Origin: an uncultured Lachnospiraceae bacterium | Lineage (GTDB): Bacteria > Bacillota > Clostridia > Lachnospirales > Lachnospiraceae | Assembly (NCBI GenBank): GCA_947178145.1 | Contig: CAMWXE010000008.1 | Coordinates: forward strand, 19,166-83,165 | Length of the DNA: 64,000 nucleotides | Direction of reading: 5' to 3' | Shown here: positions 29,953 to 41,200 of the stretch, in pieces | Layout: each line of letters begins with the position of its first letter | How positions within the stretch are numbered: the first letter of the stretch is position 1 | Notes under the pieces: model-generated | The model's database searches: none | The model's input: only the letters and a program-made list of their open reading frames with translations | Told to the model about the DNA's origin: nothing | Translations under genes and position numbers: made by a program

Positions 29953-31449
29953 ATGAAACAGCAAGAAATAAGATTAGAGGATTTACGACAGAATTTTCCC
30001 GAAATGCCAACAGAGATACGAAGGATGATTGAAAGCGAAGTACAAAAACAGATCGGGACAGTGTCGTCAGGAAGGAGAAGGAGGCATATGGCGAAGAAGT
30101 CTGTGATAGCTGCACTTGCAGCAACTATGTTGTTCGGAACGACCGTGGCTGCCGGTGTTGTCTACAAAATGCACAGCGAACCCGTGGGGAAATACGCAGT
30201 GGAGACAAAGATTGAGGAGATGAATCCAGATGGAGCGGAGGAAAGCAGTCCAGCAGCGGGGGAGACACAGGAAGTCCTTGATATCAGGGATGTCAGAATG
30301 GAAGTTTCTTATCTGCCGGAGGGCATGGTCGATACAGGGAACGGAAAATACAGCTATGCGGATGCTCTGTACAAGGGCGGAGTGTCAATCATTTTTTATA
30401 AAATGGACACAGGGGATGCACAGTTTGATATGCTGACCACAAACGTCAAGGAGACGGAGGAGATCAAAGTCGACGGTTATGATGGAATCTACTGTGAGCT
30501 GTATGGAGGAGAGGACGAGGAGATTTCGTTTAACCAGCGCATCTATGTGGCGTATACGGATGTACACTATGTGATGGAGATGTTTGCCGCGTCAGACGTA
30601 ACGAAAGAGGAGGCTTTGAAGATTGCAGAGGGCGTGCGTCTGCAGCCTGTCTCCGATGGAACTGCGCAGGATATCGTATACGCTTATAACTGGAGCGAAT
30701 ATATACAATCCAGAAATGAGGAGGCAGTCGAATGGAACCCGGCAGATTCGGTACCGAAATCTGCGATGAAAAATGTCCACGCTGTCGGGGAAGCGTTTGC
30801 AGCAGCACATGTGGAATCTGCGGAAGATGATGGGCTGGGGGGTGGCAGTGTCGCGGTCAAAGTGACGGATGTGCAGGTCAGCGACAAGGTCAGCCTGCTC
30901 GACACATCTGCGATGGATGCCGATTTCAGGGAGGATCTGCAAAAAGAGGTCAATCAGTCCGGGGAACTGCTCCCGGTGAAAATTAACTATATCAAATACG
31001 GCAACGGCGTTGATACCCTGAATGAAGTGGTGGAGAGCCGGGAAGTGCCGCAGAAGCTGGTATACGTCACAGTGGAATACACGAATACCGGCACAGAGGA
31101 ATTGGACGAAGTGCTGTTTTTGGGAAGTCTTATGAAAATCGTGGAGGAAGACGGACAGATGAAGCTGTATACCGGAAAGGCATCTGGCGAAAGCGCGGCG
31201 TGGGATGATGCAGTTCCCGCAGGATTAGCGGGATTTACGGAAATGTGGTACTATGATGTGCACGGCGGAGAGCGGGGGAACAATTACATTACGAACCTGA
31301 AAGCTGGTGAGACGGCAACGGTCCATATGGCATGGCTTGTGCCGGAGGAAGAGCTGGAGTATCTGTATCTGAATCTGGACACGTTTGGCGGCAGCTATGA
31401 ATTTAGCGAGAGTTCGCTGGAGATTGGGTATGTGGATATCAGGCAGTAG
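29953..31449 (+). CDS. probable anti-sigma factor (single TM, extracellular domain)
   Basis: Follows ECF sigma; RRRHMAKKSVIAALAATMLFGTTVAAG; SYLPEG motif; start uncertain. Confidence 0.7.
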   Translation: MKQQEIRLEDLRQNFPEMPTEIRRMIESEVQKQIGTVSSGRRRRHMAKKSVIAALAATMLFGTTVAAGVVYKMHSEPVGKYAVETKIEEMNPDGAEESSPAAGETQEVLDIRDVRMEVSYLPEGMVDTGNGKYSYADALYKGGVSIIFYKMDTGDAQFDMLTTNVKETEEIKVDGYDGIYCELYGGEDEEISFNQRIYVAYTDVHYVMEMFAASDVTKEEALKIAEGVRLQPVSDGTAQDIVYAYNWSEYIQSRNEEAVEWNPADSVPKSAMKNVHAVGEAFAAAHVESAEDDGLGGGSVAVKVTDVQVSDKVSLLDTSAMDADFREDLQKEVNQSGELLPVKINYIKYGNGVDTLNEVVESREVPQKLVYVTVEYTNTGTEELDEVLFLGSLMKIVEEDGQMKLYTGKASGESAAWDDAVPAGLAGFTEMWYYDVHGGERGNNYITNLKAGETATVHMAWLVPEEELEYLYLNLDTFGGSYEFSESSLEIGYVDIRQ

Positions 31450-31680
31450 AAAGTGCAGGATTTGCTTTTTCTCTCATTTTTTGTTATGCTTAAGCCGTGG
31501 AGGTATAGACCAATGAGAGATGCTATTGGACTTTGCAATGCAGATTTGAATGAGACTATTTTTAAGTAATATATGTAAAAGACAGATTAGATGATGTCTG
31601 TGTGCGCTATTGTATTGTTTTTGGCGATGTGTTATCATAGAAAAAACAGAATAAATTGCAAGATGGAGGATTTTGTATCG

Positions 31681-33936
31681 ATGAAAATAAAGCGCAAATG
31701 GAAACAGGCAGTTGCAATGGCTCTCGCAGTCAGTATGTTGGGCGGCTGTGCAGTGCAAAAGTCGGAGGAGAAAGAGACCGATTCTGTCGGAATGGAGCAG
31801 AGTGCAGACAAGGCATCATCGATGAGTCAGACGGAACAGGGTAATGAGGTGTCTTCAGAGACAGGGGAACAACAAAACGCGCTGTATGCAGGCGCGCGCC
31901 CGCTGCTGATGCAGACAACTGTGCAGAGTGATTCCGTCAGTGTGACGCCCAACGTGGCGCCCTATACGGTGGATGCAGACCTTGGAAATGTCGGAAATCT
32001 GTGGCAGTTTTATGCACTGCGGCAGAATCAGGAGATGGCGGACAAACTGGCAAAGAACGGCTTTGTTGTGTGCGGCAGTGCGGGCGCGGAGTTTTTTGAG
32101 ATCTATGAAATCAACAGATATGAAATGATTCCGAATTTTGTGACAGTCGACTCGCTCATGCATACGTATCATCTGTATTTTGCATATTTGTTAAAAAATA
32201 TTGAGAAAAGTTATCTGTCGGAAAGTGTGACCGCGCTGAGCAGACGAATGCTGGACGACAGCACGGCCCAGTATGAGCAGTTAAAAGGCAGCGAGTGGGA
32301 GGAAGCGGCAAAGCGGAATGTGGCATTTTTTACAGTTGGTTTAAAACTGCTGGATGACAGCGCTGCAGTGAATGATGACGTGGCGGATATTGTGGCGTAT
32401 GAGCTGGACTATATCAGCAGGGCGGAGGGCATTGCAGCGTCGCAGATTTCCACGGAATATGAGGACTATTCGCAGTATATTCCGCGCGGATACTACGAGG
32501 GCGATGAGCAGCTGGAGCGGTATTTTAGGGCAATGATGTGGTATGGACGGATTCACTTTGCGCAGAATGAGGAGGACATGGACAGGAGCGCGCTGCTGAT
32601 CACGAAGGCGCTCACAGACGATGCGGAGGCTTATCGTCTGTGGGAAGCGGTCTATGCGGTGACTTCCTTCTTTGCAGGTGCGAGCGATGACCTTGGCGTG
32701 TGCGAGTATGCGCCGGCCATGCGGGAGACATATGGCGATGACTTTGCAGTAGGTGAATTAACAGGAAATGCGGAAGCATTTTTGCAGTTCCATGATGCGA
32801 CAGCAAAGCTTCCGGCGCCGCAGATTAATTCAATACCGATCGGGGAAGATGAGGAGAATGTGATTCCCGGGTTCCGGTTTATGGGACAGCGCTTTACGAT
32901 AGATGCGGCAGTGATGCAGCAGTTAATCTATCAGAATGTACAGGGTAACAGCGCGGGAGAAAAGCGGATGCTTCCGGACACGCTCGATGTGCCGGCTGCG
33001 CTTGGCAGCGATGCGGCGCTTGCGATTCTTCAGGAAAAAGGTGCGACAGATTATGCGGGATATACAGAAAATATGTCAAAGCTCAGGCAGGCGCTGGCGC
33101 AGGACAATCCGACACTATGGTCGGCAAGCCTCTATGCGGGCTGGCTCAACACGCTTCGACCGCTGCTTGCGGCGAAGGGTGAGGGGTACCCTGTGTTCAT
33201 GCAGAATGAGGAGTGGACAAAGAAAAATCTCGAGTGTTTTGCCGGAAGCTATGCAGAGCTGAAGCATGATACGATATTGTACGCAAAGCAGGTGATCGCA
33301 GAGATGGGCGGCGGCCTGGAGGAGGAGCCTGACGACAGGGGCTATGTAGAGCCGGAGCCGCTTGTGTATGAGCGCTTTGCGGCGCTTTCCCGCCAGACAG
33401 CGGAGGGGTTGAAAAACTATGGAATGCTCGCCGCATCGGACGAGGCGAATTTATCGCGCCTGTGCAAGATTGCAGAGCAGCTGCTTGCGATCTCCAACAA
33501 GGAACTTCAGGATGAGGTCCTGACGGATGCAGAGTATGAGTTTATCAAAAGCTATGGCGGCAGCATTGAGCACTTCTGGTATGAGGCGGCAAAGGATATG
33601 TTCGGCGGCGAGTATTTTGATACGCCTGAATATCCGGCGGCAATCGTCGCAGATATCGCGACAGATCCCGAAAATGGGTTAGTGCTTGAGGTCGCGACCG
33701 GAAATCCTTCTGAGATTTATGTGGTGGTGAAAGTTGACGGAGTGACCAAGGTTGCAAGGGGAAGTGTCTATTCCTTTTATCAGTTCCCATGGTCTTCCAA
33801 TGACAGGCTGACCGATACAAAATGGCGTCAGATGATGGGAATTCAGTCGGACGAAAATGGAAACCGTAATTATGACAAACCAGTTCAGAGACCGGACTGG
33901 ACGGAGAGTTATCGGTACCAGTATGAATGGGAGTAA
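31681..33936 (+). CDS. DUF3160-domain lipoprotein
   Basis: Lipobox LGGC; DYSQYIPRGYY, YFRAMMWYGR, ELKHDTILYAKQ, GYVEPEP, RLTDTKW. Confidence 0.85.
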   Translation: MKIKRKWKQAVAMALAVSMLGGCAVQKSEEKETDSVGMEQSADKASSMSQTEQGNEVSSETGEQQNALYAGARPLLMQTTVQSDSVSVTPNVAPYTVDADLGNVGNLWQFYALRQNQEMADKLAKNGFVVCGSAGAEFFEIYEINRYEMIPNFVTVDSLMHTYHLYFAYLLKNIEKSYLSESVTALSRRMLDDSTAQYEQLKGSEWEEAAKRNVAFFTVGLKLLDDSAAVNDDVADIVAYELDYISRAEGIAASQISTEYEDYSQYIPRGYYEGDEQLERYFRAMMWYGRIHFAQNEEDMDRSALLITKALTDDAEAYRLWEAVYAVTSFFAGASDDLGVCEYAPAMRETYGDDFAVGELTGNAEAFLQFHDATAKLPAPQINSIPIGEDEENVIPGFRFMGQRFTIDAAVMQQLIYQNVQGNSAGEKRMLPDTLDVPAALGSDAALAILQEKGATDYAGYTENMSKLRQALAQDNPTLWSASLYAGWLNTLRPLLAAKGEGYPVFMQNEEWTKKNLECFAGSYAELKHDTILYAKQVIAEMGGGLEEEPDDRGYVEPEPLVYERFAALSRQTAEGLKNYGMLAASDEANLSRLCKIAEQLLAISNKELQDEVLTDAEYEFIKSYGGSIEHFWYEAAKDMFGGEYFDTPEYPAAIVADIATDPENGLVLEVATGNPSEIYVVVKVDGVTKVARGSVYSFYQFPWSSNDRLTDTKWRQMMGIQSDENGNRNYDKPVQRPDWTESYRYQYEWE

Positions 33937-35389
33937 GAGAGTGATTGTTATGGCGCTGGCAGCAGTCAGCGCCGCTGTTTTCGTGTTAGGTGTGTGGGTG
34001 TATTCCGGTTCGGGAATACCATCCTGGGTGGTATGGGAAGACAGTGTCTTTTTCGATGCGGCAGGAATGTATGAAATAGAACTAAGTCACAGGACAGTCA
34101 GCGTGAAATATAATGTGAACGACAAAAGCGAGATGACTGTCAGAAGTGTCATCTGGACTTCGCCGGAGGAAGTCAAAGTTCAGAAAGTGCTTTCCTGTGA
34201 TATTGACAACGACAGGGCAGACGAGCTGGTGCTTTTGTGCTGGAAGAAGGGGCGGTACGGGGAGCACAGGCCATTCTGGGTGGAAGAGGACGAGGACACA
34301 TGGTCACAGCATCTTTTCGTATATGAATATAATGCGGAGAAAATCAGCCCCAAGTGGATGTCCTCATACATGGGACAGGATGTGGCAGACATCACCTCCA
34401 ACGGAAAGGAAGCGCCGCACACACGTCTGTGGTTTCGCGCTCCAGATGATCAGATGAGCAGCTGGCTGTGGGATTCGTGGGGGTTTAAGAGAGAGGACAC
34501 GGAGATAACTTTTACAGTGTTTGGTGATATTCTGGCGCATGAACCGATTTACAAGTATGGTCTGCAAAATGACGAGTCCTTTGGTTTCCTGTTTGAAAAT
34601 GTGCAGGAAATTATTTCGAACAGCGATGTCGCCGTCATTAATCAGGAGACACCACTGACGGATGACCCCGCGATGGTGAGTGATTATCCCCGGTTTGGCA
34701 CGCCGGTCAATGTGGGGCAGGCGATTGTGGACGCGGGCTTTGATGCAGTCACCTGTGCGACCAATCACGCACTCGACAGGGGGGCGGAGGGCGTCAGTTT
34801 CACAAAGCGCTTTTTCGACGACAATCAGATAACGTGTCTTGGAATACAGACGGCGGACGAAAAAGAGGACAAACCCTATGCAGTGATTCGAAGAAACGGA
34901 ATCCGCTTTGCGTTATTAAACTACACCTATGGCACGAACGGAATCCGTGTTCCTGAGGACAATCCAAATATGGTACATTTGTTTTCAACGGAAGAAAAGA
35001 TGCAGGAGGATATTGCACAGGCGAAGTCCGAGGCGGATTTTGTGGTGGTGTTTGCGCATTGGGGGACAGAGTATTCGGAGCAGCCAGACGAATTTCAGTG
35101 CAAATGGACACAACTTTTTCTGGAGAGTGGTGTGGATGTTGTGGTCGGTACGCACCCGCATGTACTGCAGCCTTATGAGATGCTCACAGATGACAGCGGA
35201 CACAAAATGCTCGTCTACTATTCGATTGGAAATTACATCAGCGCCCAGCCGGAAAAGAGCTGCATCAAGGGCGGCATGGCGGAATTTAGCGTGTCGCTGA
35301 CTCCGGAGGGATATCAGATCACGGAGTATGATTTGCAGCCTTTGACGATTACATGGCAGCAGGGCGGCAGATACACAGTCGGGCTATAG
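33923..35389 (+). CDS. CapA/PGA_cap-family metallophosphoesterase
   Basis: GDILAH, NQET, ATNHALD, AHWGTE, GTHPHVLQ, YSIGNY; start uncertain. Confidence 0.88.
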   Translation: MNGSKRVIVMALAAVSAAVFVLGVWVYSGSGIPSWVVWEDSVFFDAAGMYEIELSHRTVSVKYNVNDKSEMTVRSVIWTSPEEVKVQKVLSCDIDNDRADELVLLCWKKGRYGEHRPFWVEEDEDTWSQHLFVYEYNAEKISPKWMSSYMGQDVADITSNGKEAPHTRLWFRAPDDQMSSWLWDSWGFKREDTEITFTVFGDILAHEPIYKYGLQNDESFGFLFENVQEIISNSDVAVINQETPLTDDPAMVSDYPRFGTPVNVGQAIVDAGFDAVTCATNHALDRGAEGVSFTKRFFDDNQITCLGIQTADEKEDKPYAVIRRNGIRFALLNYTYGTNGIRVPEDNPNMVHLFSTEEKMQEDIAQAKSEADFVVVFAHWGTEYSEQPDEFQCKWTQLFLESGVDVVVGTHPHVLQPYEMLTDDSGHKMLVYYSIGNYISAQPEKSCIKGGMAEFSVSLTPEGYQITEYDLQPLTITWQQGGRYTVGL

Positions 35390-35513
35390 TCGTCAGGGCG
35401 TGGGAAACCTGCGCAGGAGGCAGATGCATGGCAGGGCGCAAATGGATGATTGGCAAAAACAGTGACTGGTATTTGTGCAATACTGTACCAGAATGAGAAA
35501 AGGAGGCAGGTCT

Positions 35514-36191
35514 ATGAAAAAGCATATAGCAATGGCGTTAATTGCCGCCGCGATGTTATGTTCATGCGGCAAAAAGGAAGCGAACAGTAATTTGGAATTT
35601 CCACAGACAACATGGGATATGAGCATGGAGGAAGCCATGGAGGCATGGGGAGTTACAGAGGAAACTGTGAAGAACTATGACAGCGATGACGCATTTGTGA
35701 TAGAAGAATATGAGCTGTTTGGCGAAAAGACGGAGTCCATTAAATTTGAATTTTATGACTTCGAAGGAGATGGAGAACAGAAATTAGCACAGGTGTTTGC
35801 GACTTATCCGGCGGATGCGGATATGGGGCATGTGTCAGAAGAGATGCAAAAGGTGTATGGTGAACCGGATCCTGACGTGACATTCTATTATCCTTATTCA
35901 GCGTTGGAAACCTTAAAGGCTTATGAAGCGAAAGAGCCGGACAGTGTGACCAATTGGGCGCTTGGAAGTGTGGCGGAAGTAATCCCCGCAGATGAACGGA
36001 AAGATTACAGAGAGCCTTGGGAATTTTACCAATATGGCTTAAATGAGGAAAACTGGGACCAGTTCATACAGGACTCCCGGCTGGTCAGGATTTCTCTGCT
36101 CACGGACGGGGGATGGAACCGCGTGGAATTTAATGCCACAAATAAATGGATCTATGAGACGATCCAGCATCAGCTTTCTGAGGGGCAGTGA
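35514..36191 (+). CDS. hypothetical lipoprotein
   Basis: MKKHIAMALIAAAMLCSC lipobox; AGGAGG RBS. Confidence 0.75.
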   Translation: MKKHIAMALIAAAMLCSCGKKEANSNLEFPQTTWDMSMEEAMEAWGVTEETVKNYDSDDAFVIEEYELFGEKTESIKFEFYDFEGDGEQKLAQVFATYPADADMGHVSEEMQKVYGEPDPDVTFYYPYSALETLKAYEAKEPDSVTNWALGSVAEVIPADERKDYREPWEFYQYGLNEENWDQFIQDSRLVRISLLTDGGWNRVEFNATNKWIYETIQHQLSEGQ

Positions 36192-36202
36192 GGAAGACCG
36201 TC

Positions 36203-37636
36203 ATGTTATTAAAAAAGAGAATACCAAAAGATTTTTACAAGTTATTCCGCACCAGAAACATGGACGCCTACATGACATTCCTTGCCGCGATCTACGATGA
36301 AAACAATGCGGTTTACACGGCGTCCGGACTGACAATCGAGGAAGGGCAGGCTATCATCGGCGAGACGATCAGCGGGATGCAGATCGAGTGGATGGAAGAC
36401 GCCGAGGAGACACAGAATCAGGCCGGAAATGCAGTATTCGAGACATCGGGAACGCCATCCGCGATTTTGAATACACTGATCAGATGGGGCTGGATTCGGA
36501 GCGATTACGATGAGCGGCTGAATACATATATTCTGTCATTTCCAGAGTACAGCCAGCTCTACGTGGAGCTTTTCAAAAAACTGCAGAGCGAGGACGACAG
36601 CAGGGAGCGGGAGAGCATTCTCTCTGTCTACAGTGCCCTGTATACCTACCAGTCGGATCAGGAAAAAAACAACGAAATATTAAAAAGTGCGCTGCACATG
36701 TCCAAAAATCTGGAGCTGCTGCTGTCCAATATGCAGAATGGTATGCGCACCTATTTTGACAAGCTTTCCAGGAGCAAAAACTTCATAGAAATACAGCAGG
36801 TGCTGGTAAATGAGATCAACAACAGCGACAGCGAGAAGTATGCCATACTCACGACCACGGACAGCTTTTACCGCTATAAGGAATCCGTGAAGGAGCTGAT
36901 CAGCCAGATTTTGAATCAGAGTGACAGACAAAAACCAGAGCTGCGCAATGCCATGAACCAGAGTGAGAAGAATACAGCTGCGTATCTGCGCGCCCAGAAG
37001 GCAGTAGCGTACAATGAGGAAGCAGACGGGCTTGTGTACAAAATCGAGCGGGAGTTTGACTTGATAGAACGCAAATATAACAAACTCGTGGAGCAGAAAG
37101 CCATCTTTGCAAAGCGTGCACTCGCCAGAATCCAGTACATTTTTCAGGAGGGATCGGCAAAGGAGGACAGCGTACTCAGGCTGATTCAGATGATTGACAG
37201 GAGCCGCGGTCCGGATGCCATACTGGACGAAGTGCGCGGCAAAACCGGTCTGACAGCGCCGTTTAAAATGTTTGACGACAACAGTATGTACAAGCGGCGC
37301 GACAGTTCTGAGAACCGGTTCGATCCCCTGGCAATTGAGCAGAAAGAGGAGACAGACAATGCCGTGATTACCGATTTTGTGCCAAAGCCGCTGTACACGA
37401 AAAAACAGCTCAAGGCATTCTGTGATAAGAATGTGAGGGATGGCGTGTTCCAGACTACCAGTGACACGGTGCAGTCCGTGGAGGATTTGGAGAAAATGAT
37501 ATTTTTGTGGCAGGAGACTGTAAGGCAGCAGCCAAAGCAGGATGTCGTGAAGCTCGAAGGGGAGCTTCATAACGGGGAAGGATTTACCTTTACGGGGTTG
37601 TGTATTGATTTGAAAAACGGAGGATTTGATGATTAG
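36203..37636 (+). CDS. jetA: Wadjet JetA-like (DUF5716) protein
   Basis: IPKDFYKLF..., LIRWGWI, LTTTDSFYRYK; first gene of an SMC operon. Confidence 0.75.
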   Translation: MLLKKRIPKDFYKLFRTRNMDAYMTFLAAIYDENNAVYTASGLTIEEGQAIIGETISGMQIEWMEDAEETQNQAGNAVFETSGTPSAILNTLIRWGWIRSDYDERLNTYILSFPEYSQLYVELFKKLQSEDDSRERESILSVYSALYTYQSDQEKNNEILKSALHMSKNLELLLSNMQNGMRTYFDKLSRSKNFIEIQQVLVNEINNSDSEKYAILTTTDSFYRYKESVKELISQILNQSDRQKPELRNAMNQSEKNTAAYLRAQKAVAYNEEADGLVYKIEREFDLIERKYNKLVEQKAIFAKRALARIQYIFQEGSAKEDSVLRLIQMIDRSRGPDAILDEVRGKTGLTAPFKMFDDNSMYKRRDSSENRFDPLAIEQKEETDNAVITDFVPKPLYTKKQLKAFCDKNVRDGVFQTTSDTVQSVEDLEKMIFLWQETVRQQPKQDVVKLEGELHNGEGFTFTGLCIDLKNGGFDD

Positions 37637-38279
37637 ATACATGGAAGAGCTGTCGCCCGGTGAGGCGGCAGGAATCAAGAAGACGATACAGGATCTGTTC
37701 CGGCAGACCTGTATTTTGCAGGTAAAGTGTGATCCTGTGACGCTGGTGCAGCGGGACAATCCGCGATACCGCATCTGTGCAAACCACAGGGAATTCATCG
37801 CGGATTACCTGTCAGTGCTTGACTGCGAACTGATCCATGACCCGCATGAGCACATTTTCCGCATAAAGGGCGATGGAATGCCAACGGACAGAATGACACT
37901 GACTGGCACGCGCATCCTGCTCATTCTCAAAGTGATCTACAGGGATAAGATTATGGGGGAAGGGCTGAACGCGACCGTTACAAGTCTTGAGGAAATCAGG
38001 GAAGTCGGCAGCAGCACTAACCTGCTTGCGCGAAAGCTGACAGTACAGGAATGGCAGGAGGCGCTGGCGATGCTGAAAACACATCAGATCATAGAGCTTC
38101 CGGGAGCAATCGGCAGTCTCGAGGACGATTCACCGATTTACATATACAGCACGATCAACATTTTCTGCGCATCAGCGGATATCAATGAGCTGGTGAAACA
38201 TTATGCGGATGCGGAGGAGTCAGAGGAGTTTACAAGTGAGGAAAGCGAAGAAAATATTTACGAGAATGTGTCTCAATAA
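37629..38279 (+). CDS. jetB: Wadjet JetB-like (DUF4194) protein
   Basis: FIADYLSVLDCEL, TRILLILKVIY; lies between JetA and the SMC ATPase. Confidence 0.75.
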   Translation: MIRYMEELSPGEAAGIKKTIQDLFRQTCILQVKCDPVTLVQRDNPRYRICANHREFIADYLSVLDCELIHDPHEHIFRIKGDGMPTDRMTLTGTRILLILKVIYRDKIMGEGLNATVTSLEEIREVGSSTNLLARKLTVQEWQEALAMLKTHQIIELPGAIGSLEDDSPIYIYSTINIFCASADINELVKHYADAEESEEFTSEESEENIYENVSQ

Positions 38280-41200
38280 CTGGGGCGGAATCACGCATCA
38301 GGTGCTGACATTCCACGAGTATGTCAACCTGTTCAGCGGGATGAGCGGGTCCGGAAAGTCGACAGTGATGGACGCAATACAGGTTATTTTGTACGGAAGT
38401 ATTTCGTCCAGCTTCCTGAATAAGGCGGCGGACGATGCCAAAAATAAGCGGAGCGTTCTGAGTTATCTTAAGGGAGAGCAGAAAGACGGCACGGCCAACC
38501 GCGGCGGGAGTGATTTCTGCTCCAACATCGTGCTCGAAATCAAGGACACAGGAACGCATCTGACCAGCTGTGTGGGTCTGGCTTTTGAGGTGAGAAAAAA
38601 TGATTCCGAGATCAGGAAAATGATGTATTTCAGCCATGCGGGACAGATGCCGGATTCAGGGTACCTTACCCGGGAAGGCTGTCCGTATACCAATCAGGAA
38701 ATCAGAAAGCTTGTGGAGGAGCGCGCAGGCAGTGCGGAAAACAGGGGAAAGGATATCAACCGCATCTATCCGTCCAAGGAGGCATACACCAATGCGCTTT
38801 ATGATGTCCTGTTGGGTTACATCGACGGCAGGCGCTTTACCGTGATGGAGAAGAGCGCCATCGCACTCAAAATGACAGACGGCACAGGACAGTTTATCAA
38901 GGATTACATGTTCCCGAAAAACGACGGGGACATCATCGGCAAGATCAGCGAGCAGCTTGGCTCCTACCGCGATATTCAGGAAAAAATCAAGGATATGCGC
39001 CATAGAATAGAGCTTTTGACGGAAGTGCAGGAGGCAGGAAAACGAAAGCTGGCTGTCAGCACCGACATCATTCGTTCGCGGGCAATGATACGGTGTACGG
39101 AAGTCCTGGAGCTGCAGGACAAGATTGCGGCAGACGAGGAGGGAATCCAAACCGCCGCGGAGGAATTAGAGCGCCTGGAGATGGAAAAGACAAAACTGGA
39201 TGCGGAGATGGAGGAGATTGAGAAGGAACTGATTCAGGTTTCAGCGGATCTGCAGTCGAGCGATTTGGGAGTGAAGGAGCATCAGCTGGAGGAGCTTGTG
39301 ACGCTCCAGAAAATGTATGCGGCGGACAGTGAGCAGTGGAGGAAAGTCACGCAGGGGCTGAGAAAATGGGAGGAAGATACCGTCATTACAGATTATGTCA
39401 GCAACCCCATGCTCAACAAAATAGAGGACTTCTGCAGGGGAAAGGTTGACACGGCGTTATGCGAAAGTCTCAGGAAGAGCATACAGGACACACGGGGAAA
39501 TATCGATGAAGTGCTTGAGGAGTACAATGAGCAGCGCAGGGAGCTTGAAAAAGAAATCAAGGAACTGAGCCGTCTGGTAGATGATCTGCAGAATGACAGA
39601 AAACCTTATCCGGCAATGTTAAAAGAGGCGAGGGCGGCGTTGGAGCGCAGGCTGACAGACCGTTACGGGCGTGCGGTGAAAGTGAATATTTTTGCGGATT
39701 TGTTCAATGTGGAGGACGCGGAGTGGAAGGACGCCATCGAGGGCAGAATGGGCAGACTTAAGCTGTCGCTTGTGACCGAGCCCAAATACGCCCATGATGC
39801 GGCAGCGCTTTTTCGCGAGATGAAAAAGTTCGAGGAGGTCGACCTGATCAATACGGATGCCGTCGCAAAACAGAACTGTTCTGTCGAGGACAACTCGCTC
39901 TACGAGGCGGTGCAGACAGAGACTCCATATATTGACGTGTGTCTGAAACGGTATCTGGGGCGAATCCGGAAATGCCATACCGTGGAGGAACTGGAGCGCG
40001 TTCGCGACGGTGTCACGCCGGACTGTTATTCGTACAGCAATTTTATCTTCCGCCATCTCCGCAAAAATGATTACGGGAAATACGCGTGCATCGGGACAAA
40101 GGTATCGAAGGCAAAACTGGCAGAATATCAGGAGAACCTGCAGAGACAGGAGTCCGGGTGTGCAGAGCTGAGGCGGCTGATTGAGCGCCTGAAGGCGGCA
40201 GCAGGGTTTGAACATCTGGACAATGACGCGGCGTACTTCGAGCGGTTGTCGCGGGCGGGAAAAGAACTCGACAGAGTTACGGGAAATATCGTGAAGCTCC
40301 GGGAGGATATTGCACGACTCAAAGAAGGGGAGTACAGGGAACTTCAGGAGCGAAAGGACAGGCTTGAAGAGAAAAAGAAAGAGAAGAAAATACAGCAGAA
40401 CCAAAACCAGAATCTCACCAATGAGCGCACCAGAATGATGAGCCAGAAGGAAGGCGAGGTCAGCAGGCTCCGGGCGGATCTGGAGGAGAAGCGCACCGGG
40501 TACAAAGCGGATGCCCGGATTGAGGCGGAGATCACAGAACAGTTAAAGACGCGCTCCGGTCAGGGTATCCGCAACAGGATTTCCGCGCAGATTAGCACTT
40601 TGGAGGAAAAGGAGCAGGAGGAGACAGAGACGCTCCAGAATGCCAGAAACCGTTTTAACAGGGAGTATCCGTCGGTTGGTTTTAACGGCGCAGAAAAGGA
40701 CAATACGGCATATGACCGTCTGCTGCAGGACTATCAGAATGACTATGAGCCAAAGTATGAGAGTGAGTTTGAGCGGCAGTGCAGTCTCATATACAAGAGC
40801 CTTCGCGAGAATGTGATCGCCACGATTCACGGTGACATCAAGGCTGCAAAGCGGCACACACATGACATCAACCGTCTGCTGCGGGAGACAAACTTTGCAG
40901 ACAGCACCTATCAGATCAAGATTGAGCCGGCGCGCGATGAGAAAGGGCAGTTTTATGAGATGCTGACAGCGCCGGAACTCGACAGCAAGAATGTCGGTGC
41001 GGATGTGGTTGAGGGGCAGCTGAGTCTTGGCGAGGATGCATTTTATCAGAAATACGGGCAGAAGATAATGCTTCTGACCGACAAGTTTATGCCAGTCCGC
41101 GAGGAGGACGGCCGGCTCAGGGAACAGCGCATGCGGGACATGGAGGAGTTTGCAGACTACAGAAATTATCTGTCCTTTACGATGTACGAGCAGGTGACGG

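Noticed and set aside
36680-37798. 372-aa antisense ORF as a possible hidden jetD
   Set aside because: Shadow of jetA/jetB; no Toprim motifs
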